A DNA stretch of 64,000 nucleotides from Octopus vulgaris (GCA_951406725.2 OX597822.1:70246001-70310000), one strand, 5' to 3'. Shown: positions 12,095 through 25,705, counted from the first letter of the stretch. Program-made: numbers and translations. The notes: generated by a model from the sequence alone, not told the origin.

Positions 12095-12408
12095 GTAAGT
12101 ATTACAAATGTTTTACAAACTTTTGTCTCTAATAACAATACGTAGAACATAATTGCTGGTAAACTATGTATGTCTTTACTTAGTTATTTTTAGCTAAAAA
12201 TCTTTGATTTTTGATTATCATTATTATTTTGTGTCTGTTTCTCCAATATTTTAAGCATTTTAAACATGTAAATAGATGAACTCTACTTTGCGTTGCATTT
12301 TAATAAAGAAACAACAAACATTGTTGGGAACTTGACAGTTAAATAAAATGGATATTTAGTTACCTTGGATACTAATAAATATGTGGGTGAGAAAATTACC
12401 TTAAGTAG

Positions 12409-12624
<216 letters not shown>

Positions 12625-13565
12625 TGATGTAAATTTAGTTTTGATGATTTCATTAATCTCATCTTAGTTTTCTTGGTGTCTGTGGATATTTCACTGGTCA
12701 GTATGAAGGTTTTGTAGTCGTGGTTGTAGTATATATTGCATATAGAATCAAACAGAATGATGAATATACCAACTACAATTGAAAGATACAAAGAAAAGAG
12801 AGCAGTTTCAAGAAGATAACGTGTTTGTACACAATTATAAAAGTTATTCCTGACATATTCTTGACCGAAGATGGTCACTAGTCACCCAAGTGTCAACACG
12901 TTTGAAAATTCTCCTCATAATTTCATTTCTTTTTTGCACTAGTATTAATTCAGAAAATGAAATGAGATTGTGGCGCATGTAATACTTGCACACATCAGAG
13001 AACTACATGAGTCCTTCGAAGCCAACAAATGCTTTGTGCAGTTACTTGAACCGCTAGAAATAATAGCTAAATCATATTCTTTTGTCTTAAGAGGGAAAAT
13101 ACATTGACCCCCCCACCCCCCACCCAAAAATATTATTTATGAAATGGTTACAGTCAATTTGTTCTTGATCTTGATTGCTTGATCAGATCTGACCTTCGGT
13201 TAAACAATAATAACAGAACTCATTTACATTTGTAAATGAGATTCTTTTCAAAAATGGAAGACAAAGTAGTGAAGGTGGTGATAAATTAATCTCTTTAAAA
13301 TAATCTCTTTTAAAATTAAATAGCTCATTTTAAGTAAACTCTTTGGAAAAGTAATATCTTTATTGGCTGTTCTTCGTTTACTCACATTCATCATCATCAT
13401 CAATTAACATTCGTTTTCCATGATGGCATGGGTGGGACCGTTTGACTGAGGACTAGGAAGCCAGGGGGGCCCGCACCAGGCTCCAATCTCATCTGGCAAT
13501 GTTTCTACAGTTTGTGTGTTTGCTTTAATCTCAAAAAAAAATTAAAAAAAAATTTAACATCTTAA

Positions 13566-13793
<228 letters not shown>

Positions 13794-13908
13794 TGATTGG
13801 ATTACATGGTTATATATTTATGTCATACAAATTTAGAAAGTTTGAGAAGTTTGAAATAAATCAGTTCCCTACTTTGTGTTCTATAGAGAAAGATGAATTA
13901 CTTGATAT

Positions 13909-14592
13909 AGGTGCTAGTGTGGCTGTGTGGTAAGAAGCTTGCTTCCCAACCACATGATTTCAGGTTCAGTCCTTTTGGCAAGTGTTTTCTATTATAGCCT
14001 TGAGTCAACCAAAGCCCTTGACAGGATTTGGTAGACGGAAACTGAAAGAAGCCTGTTGTATAAAGTGGTTAGGGCATTTGGCTCATGACCATAAAGTCGT
14101 GAGTTCAATTCCTGGTGATGCATTGTGTTCTTGAGCAAGTCCCTTTATTTCATGTTGCTCCAGTCCACTCAGCTGATAAAAATGAGTAGTATCTGTATTT
14201 CAAAGGGCCATCCTTGTCACACTCTGTGTCATGCTTAACCCCCCTGAGAACTATGTTAAGGGTACATGTGTCTGTAGAGTGCTCAGCCACTTGCACGTTA
14301 ATTTCACGAGCAAGCTGTTCCATTGATTGGATCAGCTGGGACCCTCGTCGTCGTAACCAACGGAGTGCTCCTTTTATCCCTATGTGTGTGTGTGTGTCTG
14401 TGTTTGTTTGTTCTCTACAACCAATTGACAGTCAGTATCAGTGTGTTTATATCCCTGTAACTTAGTGGTTTAGCAAAAGTGATTGATAGAATAAGTGCTA
14501 GGCTTAGAAATATTTACTGGGATTGATTCATTTTACTAAAATGCTTCAAAGTGGTGCTCCAGCATGGCTGCAGTCTGACGACTGAAAACAAG
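13909..14592 (+). mobile_element. Family-D SINE with a second tRNA-SINE (family E, about 14060-14375) nested at its central microsatellite
   Basis: D head to gaaagaagcctgttgtata, then agtggttagggc...gagttcaattcc...cggagtgctcc, then (tg)n and the D 3' half; family-E copies also at about 1085-1280 (-) and 34455-34775 (-). Confidence 0.8.
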
Positions 14593-15185
14593 TCTTCACC
14601 ATATTATCCCAGAAGCCATCTCCACCTGGAAGTATTTTACAGATAGCTTTTCTATCCAAGATCACCCTGTCATAGTTCAGTTTGCTGACATTGACGTTGT
14701 GATTTAAGCTGCTGTCTAACAGTAGAGCCATTTCATTGTGAGAGCATTCAACTGATGTGTCAGTATGTTCACAGACCTGTACATAAGACTTTATCAATTG
14801 ATAATGTGAACAGATTCTAACAAACTGTAAAGTGTTTCTGTGTATGTGTAGGTTTATATCAGCTGTGACATAATCAAGAATTGTTCTATTGTAGTGGTAA
14901 TCCTGTTTCACAGAAGTCATTTAATATACAAAATATAAAAAAATACAATGTTTGATTGTGCTAGCATAATAATAGAAAGATACTTTTAAAATACAGTTAG
15001 AGGAAATATTTAAATATATGAAACTAAGATTCTAAATTATTGAGTATTTCCAGTCACCTATATTGGAGCAGACCTATGTAAAGATGTTTGTTTGTGTGTG
15101 TGTGTGTGTGTGTGTCCATTTTATTTTGATAACATTTTTTCTGAATATTTTTCTTATGTATTATTTATTGTCATTGTTATTTCAG

Positions 15186-15267
15186 TTGATGATCACGAGA
15201 CAGAATATGAATATGAAGGCAGTGACAATGAAGAAGAAGATGATAATGCTTTACCTGGAGAATCGAG
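15186..15267 (+). CDS. MAP4K4: MAP4K4/msn exon I: (V)DDHETEYEYEGSDNEEEDDNALPGES (acidic post-kinase segment), phase 1 to 2
   Basis: tttcag|TT acceptor and AG|gtttgt donor; 82 nt; matches the ETEYEYSGSEEE motif of the family. Confidence 0.93.
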
Positions 15268-15998
15268 GTTTGTGTGATGTCTTTAACTTCATATTCATCT
15301 ACATGATATAATTTACCTTTGTCAGTTGCTCTCTGTGGATTAATTTCCAGTCCTTAGTCACTCCTTACTAATTGCTGAAGTGGTTTTTGAAAAACCTAGG
15401 CATTAAATGCTCTTATATAATGCAGCAAACTGTACAATCAAGAAATTGTAAATAATTTCAAGAATGTCCTATTTAATACCAGAGACCTGAATTCCTTAAT
15501 ATGGTTTATTTACTTTGCTTGTTCTGAGTTTGATTTTTAAAAAATAATTTTTATTGACTTGAGATATATTTCTCCTTGCTGGACCTGGCCATTTATAGGT
15601 GTACGTAAGGAACATATTATATGCTGGTGCTTCTGGAAGTACAACAACAGTTTAAGCAGACTGATATTGAACACTTTTGAAGCACTGTACAGAAACAATA
15701 GAATCTACATGTGAACTAGGCTTCAAGATGAGGTTGGTGGTTAAGAAGTTAACTTTGCAACCACGTGGCTTCAGGTTCAATCTCTCCTCACCCATAACAA
15801 GCTTTCATACAATTTCCATTTACCAATTTCACTTACAAGGAGTCAGATAGTGGGATAGAACCTGAAACCTTGTCGTTATGAAGTGTACTCTGTATCCACA
15901 CAGCCATATCTGTGCTTATTCATTTAATTGGAATATTATTCCTTCATTGTTAGATGTATTGAATTATAATTTGATTTCGCTTTTCTATCTTCTTTCAG

Positions 15999-16243
15999 CT
16001 CAATATTACAAATACCTGGTGAATCCACGCTGAAACGCAACTTCCAGCAAATCCAAGAACGAGAATCTCGGCAACAGATCCGTCATCACCAAGTCGCTCC
16101 CGTACAGTATGCGCAGCGTTATCAAGCTCAACGGCCGCAGTCAGGCCAACTGCTTCGACCAGCTTCAGCATCTAGCCCGTTCCAGCCTCCGAATCCACCA
16201 TTGTCAGATCATCCCAAACGCTATCATCCACCTCATGGAATAA
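15999..16243 (+). CDS. MAP4K4: MAP4K4/msn exon J: SILQIPGESTLKRNFQQIQERE followed by a Q/P-rich linker ending HPKRYHPPHGI, phase 2 to 1
   Basis: tttcag|C acceptor and ATAA|gtaagt donor; 245 nt open frame; PGESTLKRNF matches the conserved PGESTLRRxF motif. Confidence 0.92.
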
Positions 16244-16529
16244 GTAAGTTTATCGTGAAATTCCTTAAATTTGCATGTTCATCTTTGGGCTTCTACTATA
16301 ATGCCAGGCTGACCAATGCCCTGTGAGTGAATTTGGTTGATAGAAACTGTGTGGAAGCCCTTCATGTACATATATGTGTGTGTGTGTCTTTTACCACTTG
16401 ACAACCGTTGTTGGTTTGTTTACTTTCCTGTAACTTAGTAGTTTGGTAAAAGAGGCTGATAGAATAAATACCAGACTTGAATAAGCCCTTCATATCAGTT
16501 CCCCAGCATTGCCACAGTCCAATGACACA

Positions 16530-16705
16530 GGTGCACTTGGCTTGATGGGTCCTCTCAATCTCAGCACATCACTAAAGGTCTCAGTCACCAATCATTGCCT
16601 CTGTGAGGCTCAAACTTTGAATATCATGCTTCACCATCTCATCCCATGTCTTCCTGGGTCTACCTCTATCACAGGTTCGATCCACAGTTAGAGATTGGCA
16701 CGTTT
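16530..16705 (-). mobile_element. RTE-clade LINE fragment (C-terminus of ORF, degenerate)
   Basis: Minus-strand translation TVDRTCDRGRPRKTWDEMVKHDIQSLSLTEAM followed by stops; RGRPRKTW is the typical RTE ORF-end motif. Confidence 0.75.
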
Positions 16706-17027
16706 TATATCTTTATATGACTAGTCTAATATTATTTGTTACATTTAGAGTAATTTTTTCTGAGATTATCTCATTCATTTTTGATTGTCAAAAGTTGTAG
16801 TTTATCTTGTTAAATAAATATTGTGGAAGCAAAATTTCTGTGTGGACAATATATTGGACTATTAGTTCATGAGATCTTATGGTCATATCATTTTGGGGTG
16901 CTTTCGCTTGGGTTTCCAGGCAGATCATCCCAGTTCACCTTGATACAATATCATCAGCAATATGTAGAATTCCTATTGGGAGAGAGAGAGAGTTTGTGTG
17001 TGTGTATGTATGTGTGTTATCTCTCTC

Positions 17028-17420
17028 TCTTTTACTTGTTTCAGTCATTTGACTGCGGCCATGCTGGAGCACCACCTTTAGTCAAGCAAATCGACCCCAG
17101 GACTTATTTTTTGTAAGCCTAGTAATTATGCTATCGGTCCCTTTTGCCGAACTGCTAAGTTACAGGAACGTAAACACACCAGCATCGGTTGTCAAGCGAT
17201 ATTGGGGGGACAAATACAGACACACAAACACACACATATATATATATACATATATACGACGGGCTTCTTTCAGTTTCCGCCTACCAAATCCACTCACAAG
17301 GCTTTGGTTGGCCCAAGGCTATAGTAGAAAACACTTGCCCAAGGTGCTACGCAGTGGGACTGAACCTGGAACCATGTGGTTGGTAAGCAAGCTACTTACC
17401 ACACAGCCACTCCTGCACCT
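17028..17420 (-). mobile_element. Family-D SINE, full length, little diverged
   Basis: ttttacttgtttcagtcatttgactgcggccatgctggagc...cacacagccactcctgcacct. Confidence 0.9.
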
Positions 17421-17756
17421 GTTTAAAATCATAGAACTGAAGCTTAGCACCAGCCCTTAAAAGCATGCTTTGAGGTTTTGAATACATTTGATGGTTCCAT
17501 GACCAAATCAGTATACATAATTAATTGGTGAGCTTGCAGAATCATTAGTCTGTCAGACAAAGTGTCTAGCAGCATTTCTTCTGGGTCTTAGCATTCTGAG
17601 TTCAAATTCGTCCATGGTCAAATTTGCCTTTTATTTATTTGGGGTTGATAAAATACCAGTCAAGTACTGGGGTCAATGTAATTGACTTTCCCCTTAAAAT
17701 TGTTGACCTTGTTCCAAAATTTGAAGCCATTATTAATCTATGTCAATATTCCCAAT

Positions 17757-18019
17757 GTGGAGGCACGTAGCTTAGTGGTTAAGGTGTCAGCATCATGATC
17801 GTAAGATTGTAGTTTCGATTCCTGGACCTGGCGACGCGTTGTGTTCTTGAGCAAAACACTTCATTTTACGTTGCTCCAGACCACTCAGCTGGTAAAAATG
17901 AGTAACACTGCGATGGACTGGTGTCCCGTCCAGCTGGAGAATACATACATCATTGAAACCGGGAAACCGGGCCCATGAGCCTGGCTAGGCTTTAAAAGGG
18001 CGCATTTATTTTTTATTTT
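17757..18019 (+). mobile_element. Full-length tRNA-derived SINE with 12-bp target-site duplication
   Basis: Head tagcttagtggttaagg / gtttcgattcc, T-rich tail; aatattcccaat at 17745-17756 and 18020-18031. Confidence 0.85.
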
Positions 18020-18682
18020 AATATTCCCAATATGATTGTAATATACACACTTGCACACACACACACACAATAAAATTGGGTAAGACATTACTTTTACGCC
18101 TGATAAAATATTTGGCATTTTTTTTTCTATTTTTCTTTTGTTTTTTTATTAATCCAAAATGCTTGTTTAATTCTTGTTAAATCTGTCGTCATAAGCTTCG
18201 AAAGCTGTTAGATAAATAGACTCAAGTTAATACAGTTTATCTCTGTCTTAATTAACTCGGTAATTTCTCTGGAGAAGCCACTTGAAGAAGAAATGACAAA
18301 AAGATTTCCACCTAACTCACAGTAATTGCTGAGAAGTGTTTAATTAGTATAATACTCTAAGATGATTATAGTGTGGAGAATGTTTCTAGATTTGAAGGAC
18401 TATTGGAAGTAAACAGTAATTATCTTGAGTTTCTCATTATATTTAACGTGTAAAAGAGATTTTTTTAGTCAACTTTTTAAGAAAAGCTGCTTTTACCAGA
18501 TGATATGATATGATAGGATATATAACTTTTAAAATCTTTCCAATTCTTTTTCTGTACGCTCTTCCCACCCACCTTTCTCTATCTCCTCCCCTCTCCCCTC
18601 TCCCTTCTCTCTCCTCCCCCCTCTCCCCTCCTCTGTCTTTCTCTCATTGCTATAATCCATTTACCATGCTGGCTTGGATTGG

Positions 18683-18713
<31 letters not shown>

Positions 18714-18737
18714 TTGTGTGTGTGTGTGTGTACATTT

Positions 18738-19135
18738 AGGTGTGGCTGTGTGGTAAGAAGTTTGCATAGTTCCAGGTTCACTCCCACGACAGGCACTCAG
18801 GGCAAGCCTCTTCCGTTGACACTCCAGGCTGAATAAGCCTTGAGAGTGGATGGAAACTGAAAGAAGCCCATTGTATATGTGTTTATATGTCAATATTGTG
18901 TGTTTGTGTTTTTCCCACCACCACTGCTTGTCAGCTGGTGTTGGTTTGTTTATGCTCTACAACTTTGTGGTTCAGCAAAAGAAACCAATGGAATAAGTAC
19001 CAGGCTATATAAAACTTTAAGTATTGAGGTTGATTCATTCAAATAAAACCCTTCAAGGTGATGTCTCCCCCCCACTCCTCCCCAGTATAGTGGCAGTCAA
19101 ATGACTGAAATTAAAGAAGCATAAAAGATAAAAAG
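18738..19135 (+). mobile_element. Family-D SINE, diverged copy
   Basis: gtggctgtgtggtaagaag head to gtcaaatgactgaaa tail. Confidence 0.75.
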
Positions 19136-19167
19136 TAAATGATGTGTGTGTATATGTGTGTATATAT

Positions 19168-19410
19168 AAAAAGCACCGACTGATTGTAAGCGATGCCAGT
19201 ATCCCCTGACTGGCTCCTGTGCCGGTGGTACGTAAAAAGCACTCACTACACTCTTGGAGTGGTTGGCGTTAGGAAGGCCATTCAGCTGTAGAAACTCTGC
19301 CAGACATGATTGGAGCCTGGTGCAGTTGCTGGCTCTCCAAACCTCAGTCAAACCGTCCAACCCATGCCAGCATGGAAAACAGATGTTAATCAATGATGAT
19401 GATGATGATT
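19168..19410 (+). mobile_element. Family-A RTE-type 3' end
   Basis: ccaacccatgccagcatggaaaacagatgttaa followed by (gat)n. Confidence 0.8.
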
Positions 19411-20013
19411 GTTAATATGTTATATGGTTAATAAAAAAAAATGGAGAAAAAAAAAGGCAAGAAAAAACAACTCAAGGATGTTGTACATACAAAGTGTTAA
19501 TAAGACGCTCAGGGAAGGAAAGAAAGGGTGTTTTACGTTTCAAGTAAAACTCTTTTTCAGAAACAGGAGAAAGAGGAAAGTCCAAGAGAGAAGGAAGACG
19601 GAGGAAAAAAATCGTTAACTATCCATGTGTCTATTACATGTGTATGTCTCTATAAGTTTGTGTATATATATATATATATATATATGTGTAAGTGTATATG
19701 TATATATATATATATATAAGTATGTGTATGTATCTGTATAAGTATGTGTGTGTATATATCATCATCATCATCATTTAACATCCATTGTCCGTGCTGGCAA
19801 GGGTTGGACGGTTTGACTAGGGCCGACAAGCTGGAAAACTGCACCATACTTCTGTGTCTGTTTTGGCATGGTTTCTACAGCTGGATGCCCTTTCTATTGC
19901 CAACCCCTCCGAGAGTGTAATGGTGCCTTTATGTGCCACCAGCACAGTTGTCATTTGTGTGACACACACACACATGTATAGAGTGTCTGTAGTGGTGTAC
20001 AGATTATATATAA

Positions 20014-20045
<32 letters not shown>

Positions 20046-20681
20046 GTATATAGGGGAGGGGGCTGTCAATGTAATCAACTTACCCCACCCAACAAATTTG
20101 CTGGCCTAGTGCTAAAATTCAAAACAATTATTACTTGTCATGCTCTTTCAGTGTTGGAATTTTTCAAAAATTTCAGAACATTATAAGTTTGTTTGTTTGG
20201 GTTTGGGGGGAGGGGCGGGGGAGGATTAAAAAATGCTTGTGAGTGACCATTTAAATGTTTCACTGCCTGTCATTTACTTTTCAGTATGTGTCTGTGTGAG
20301 AGTGTGTGTGTGTATGTGTATTTGTGATTTTATGTTTAAACAAAGTATAAACGAATTGGCTGCGGGGCGGTGGAGGTGTTTGTTTGTTTGTTTGTTTGTT
20401 TTTAAGTAGTTTGGTTGGCAAAGAAAGCCAACTAACTGTTTATTGATTTCAGTGTATATAAAGAAATGTCAACTATTTATTGAAGAATGAGACACAAACA
20501 AAAGATTCCTGGTTTATTGTTTTGATGACAAGTCAATCCTGAAATGTCTAGTTGTTTATTAGTTCCAAAAATTGTTGGTTTTTATATGGGGAACTCATTA
20601 AACATTTGACTGGTTTTTGTTCGAGATATTTGAATTTTTTTTATATATATATATATTTATCTGTATGTGTCTGTTTGCACA

Positions 20682-20720
<39 letters not shown>

Positions 20721-21354
20721 CCTTGTCTGGACATCACATGATGGTTGTAAACAGGAACCGCCATAATACAAGCGTTGTTGTTTGTTTCCAGTCTTGCATG
20801 AAAAAAAACATGTCTGGGGAAATATTATCTTGCTTGGACACAGGTGAGGGCTGGCAGTAGGAATGGTTAGCAGCCATAGAAAATCTGCCTCAAGAAATTA
20901 CATCTAACCCATGCAAGCATGGAAAAGTGTATGTTAAATGATGGTGATGATGATATGTGTATATGTGACATACACATATCTGATGAGGGCAGCTAGCCAA
21001 AACTTTGAAGTTACTATCAACATCATTCTTGTATAAGAATAATGAATTTGTACTCTTCATAAGTATAGAATAACCCATCAGATTAATGTAAAATTCTCTT
21101 TATTATACTGAACATAAAAACAATCTTAGTATCAATGTATTTTGACTGTTATTTCCAGCAGGTAGACATACTTAGTATGTCCTTTGATTAATTTTAATCC
21201 TTCAGCTATTTAATGTTTGTTTTGGACCTGCAATCACCTATTTTATTGATTCTGTTATTATCTTTTTAAAATTGTTAATAATAGAGTCAATGATATCTTC
21301 ACAAATATTTTCTCCTGAATTATTTGCTCTGTATTAAAATTATCAGACTTCCCT

Positions 21355-21548
21355 GGCACCTGTGCCAGTGGCACGTAAAAAGCACCCACTACACTCACGG
21401 AGTGGTTGGCGTAAGGAAGGGCATCCAGCTGTAGAAACACTGCCAGATCAGACTGGAGCCTGGTGCAGCCTCTTGGCTTCCCAGATCCTGGTCGAATCAT
21501 CCAACCTGTGCTAGCACGGAAAATGGATGCTAAACGATGATGATGATG
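21355..21548 (+). mobile_element. Family-A RTE-type 3' end
   Basis: ggaagggcatccagctgtagaaac core and (gat)n tail. Confidence 0.8.
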
Positions 21549-22980
21549 AAATATATATATCATTTAACACTGGGCTCCTTTGAGCACTGGATTTGGATGT
21601 TTGAACATAATCCAATGGCTCTGAGGACTATATCATGCTGGAATGTTTTGTTCTGGTATGATTTCTATGGCTATAGCTGCATGTCTTTCCTAGCACCAAC
21701 TGCTTTACAGAGTACTGGCATCATCACTTATGATGTTGTGATATAGCTCAAAGACTAAGATTACTCTTGACTGAGTGGGGCTACAGTAGGGGGAGAGGTG
21801 GTTTTATGTGAGTAAACGAGTGATTAAATTATGAAAGAAGGGGCTCGAATTGGTTCCTTGCTGTAGAGGAGCTAATGGCTACTTGCATTATAGAAGAGAA
21901 GGTGGAAGTAAATGGGATGGCGCTGGAAAGAGATAAAAATCATGTGGTTGAGGTGTCAGAGTGGATTCACTCTGAAGGTACAAGAAAATAAGCTGGAACA
22001 GGAACAGAAGAACAGGAAGGGTGGGTAGGTAAGAGGTGGAAGGAGTATATGGGGAAAGTGACCGATGTTTGGAATTGGAGTAGGGTTGGGTGTGGATGAA
22101 TATAATGAATGATGAACAAGGGTTGGGAGGTGGTTGATGATGAATAGGATAAAATTAATTGGGTGGAATGTAAGGAAAAATAAGTGATGATTGTAGAGAT
22201 TAGGTAAGGTTGAAGGGATGGATGTAGTGAATGATGGACAAATGTGAAGAGGTGAGTTGGAGGAACTGTAGTGGAGAGTAGGTGATGACTGGCAGTGTGA
22301 AAAAATAGAGGAAGAACAGCAAAACACTAATACTAATTGCAGTAGATAGGAAAGATGAGAGCAAGGGAAGTGTCATGTGGATAAGTAGGCTGTAACTGTG
22401 TTAGGGAAGAGTGAGAGATGTATGAAGGAGGAGAGGGAGAGATTATTTGGTTTTATAGAAGGGCAATCAATGTAAAATGCCTGTGGAATGTTAAGAATGA
22501 AGGACGGATGTCAAGTGAGGTGGTTCTGGTTAGAAAGATAAGTGGTGTCACTGAAAAAGATGATGATGGAATATGTTGTTGGGCTGGTAATGGAGGGACC
22601 GGTGATAGAGAGATGAGGTAGGGTTTGAGAAGGAAACTGAGCAAGAGGCTCAGTTGTGTATATTTACATTGTGCTTCCAGAACTTCAGATTCACTGAGAT
22701 TGGCTGGTGTTCTTTGAGCATTGCATATCACCAGTTGTCCTGGTCATTTCTCACCTCTGCCTTGAGGTTCAAGCCATGAAGTCAGCGTTCATTAATTTGT
22801 CCCAGTTCTTCCAGGTCTCCCTCTGCCACAAACTATGTTCACGTAAATGTATATGTGTGTGTTTATATGTTAGTGTCTATATCTGTGTGTGTGTGTGTAT
22901 ATACATACATACACATGTATGTGTATATATATGTGTATGTGTATATGTATGTGTGTATGTATGTATGTATATATATATAA

Positions 22981-23315
22981 CATCATCATCATTGTTTAAT
23001 GTCTGCTTTCTATGCTAGCATGAGTTGGACAATTTGACTGAGGTCTGACAAACCAGATGGCTGCACCAGGCTCCAATCTGATCTGGCAGAATGTCTACAG
23101 CTGGACACCCTTCCTAATGTCAACCACTCCGAGAGTGCAGTGGGTGCTTTTACGTGCCACCGGCACGAGGGCCAGTCAGGTGGTACTGGCAATGGCCACA
23201 CTCATATGGTGCTTTTTTATGTGCTACCTGCACAGGAACCAGTTCAGTGGCACTGGCAATGACCTCGCTCGAATGTTTTTTCACGTGCTACCAGTACAAG
23301 TGCCAGTAAGGTGAT
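22981..23315 (-). mobile_element. Family-A RTE-type 3' end
   Basis: (cat)n tail, same core, several gtgcttttacgtgccaccggcac-like modules. Confidence 0.8.
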
Positions 23316-24824
23316 ACAAGGTTTACCTGTATGTGTGTATATATATATATATATATATGTCTGTATGTATGTATGTGTGTGTTTGTGAGTGTGTATGCGA
23401 TTGTGTTTCCTTGCCTTGGCATCACATGTTAGTTGTAAATGAGAGTCACCGTCATATAAGCAGTGTCGTCCATGTCCAGTATTTTGCGGAAATACATTAT
23501 CTCGTTTGGAAACTGGTGAGGGTTAGTGACTAAAAGAACACCAGGTCATAGAATATCTGCATGAATAATCTCTGCCTGACCCATTCAACTATTGAAGAAT
23601 TGGATGTTAAAATATATATGTATGTTTGTATATGTATGTGTGTGTGTGTTTGTGTCTATGTATGTGTGTATGTATGTAATTTCCAATTTAAAAAAGACAA
23701 ATAATCTTGGACGGTCTTTGTGTGTTTATTGGTTCTTTATCAAGAGAATATTGTCAGCGCCAACTGAGATCACACACAGAAATATATAAATATTGAACAT
23801 CACTGGTACTGTAACTCCTTTGGTGCATAGTAACTGATTATTCGTATCTGCCCAATCTACATACATTGGAAAAGAAAAATACCAAAAAACCAAAAAAAAA
23901 AAAACCCTTCAATGATGGGTTTTCTCTATTATTATTGTGCCTGAATCTGTTATCTTAGCACTTCAGTCTGTCAAAGTTGATATTAAAGTATATATGTATG
24001 ACTGAAGAAAGTCACAAATGTCTGGCAGAACACCAAGAACAATAGAACCAAAAAGAAAAAAAAATTACAAGTGAATAATTCAATATGTATTTTTTTGTAT
24101 TTAATTTTTTTGGCCAAATTTCTCAGCTTATCATAAAAAAAAGCAGAAAAATGTTGAATTTCGAATTAGTTTTTCCCAGACAACACAGTTCTTAGATATA
24201 TTTATTTAATGTTCTTGATAAAGGAATGTTTTTGGTAAAATTTATACAGTCTTGTTTTATTTATGTTTTTTTTTTCTCTTTTGTGTGTGTGTGGTGTTGT
24301 GTATTTTGTTTCGGAATCAATCATTTTGCCAATGGATAGAGAGAGAGAGTATTGTATGGGAAATAAATCCAATTTTCTTTTTAAAAAGATGACGACGACA
24401 GTGATGATGATAATGATGATGATCATGATCATAGTAACAATAATAATAATTTCTTATATTCGGGATTGAAGGCTTGGAAGCTAACATGTTTCGTAACGTG
24501 GTGTTTGTAGCAGAGACGAAAACTACAAAAATTATTAACAAAAAAAAAAAAAAAAAAGATAAAAGAAGAGAAAGATTGAGAGAAAAAAGAAAATGAAATG
24601 GTACAAATTATAGAAAGAAGATTTTATTTTTAGAATGTATCACACTGAATTTGTCCATTTTTATCAAGACATCCATATTGTTCCGAAGACGCCAGCAAAC
24701 AAGCTTCAGAGCAGCAGAAAATTGGCATGGCAATGATGGATGGGATATTTATGTAAACTTTCAATAGGAAGGAAAAAAGTTATAAACATAAATTATACAT
24801 GTAATAAAACTATCATCAATATGG

Positions 24825-24858
<34 letters not shown>

Positions 24859-25309
24859 CATCATCATCATCATTATTATTGCTGTTGTTGCCGTCACTGC
24901 TGTTGCTGCCTTCATCCTCATTATCATCATAATTATCATCATCACTACCAATGTTGCCATCATCATCATCATCATCATAGATTCATTATTTGAAGGGTTT
25001 TCTAATTTGCGTTTAGATTTAGTTTGAAATATGCAGTAAAGTGGTTTCACAGGCTTTTGTTCTTTGAATTTAGCTTTGATCTGCAGAAAATAATATAGAT
25101 TGAATTTTTTTTTTCCTCCACCATATCTTTTCATCATTTCTACCATATTGTTTTCGTTTGTTTGTTTGTTTGTTTGTTTTGTGTTTAGTCTTCTTACTTT
25201 GGTTTGAGCAAAGTAGTAGGTGGTTTGTAGAAATAAAATAAAAGCTGCACTAAGCATTGCTAGAGTTTCATTTCTCCAAAGAGTTTTCTTCAGAATTTTC
25301 TAGAAATAC

Positions 25310-25332
25310 ATGAATATATATATATATATGTA

Positions 25333-25387
<55 letters not shown>

Positions 25388-25460
25388 ACATACACACGTC
25401 TGTGTATTATATACATACATATACACACATATATATATGTATACATATATATATGTATAC

Positions 25461-25510
<50 letters not shown>

Positions 25511-25650
25511 GCATATATATATGCATATATATATATATGTGTGTGTGCATGCATATATATGTATGTGTGTGAATATGCATATATATCTATATCTATGTGT
25601 AGGTGTATATATTTGTGTGTATGTATATATATATGTGTGTATGTGTGTGA

Positions 25651-25697
<47 letters not shown>

Positions 25698-25705
25698 CAC
25701 ACAAT
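25310..25705. repeat. Compound (TG)n/(TA)n/(CA)n microsatellite
   Basis: Direct reading. Confidence 0.95.

Noticed and set aside
17757-17830. tRNA-like sequences here and at about 3690-3760, 10279, 14063 and 47600
   Set aside because: These are SINE heads with A/B boxes followed by SINE bodies and TSDs; no intact cloverleaf or acceptor stem seen.
19561-19640. Possible charged coiled-coil exon after tctttttcag (KTGERGKSKREGRRRKK or RNRRKRKVQERRKTEEK)
   Set aside because: No good donor in a compatible phase and it runs into microsatellite; it looks like a purine-rich repeat end.
24740-25027. Poly-Ile/poly-Met membrane-protein-like ORFs
   Set aside because: Products of (ATT)n/(ATC)n trinucleotide repeats.
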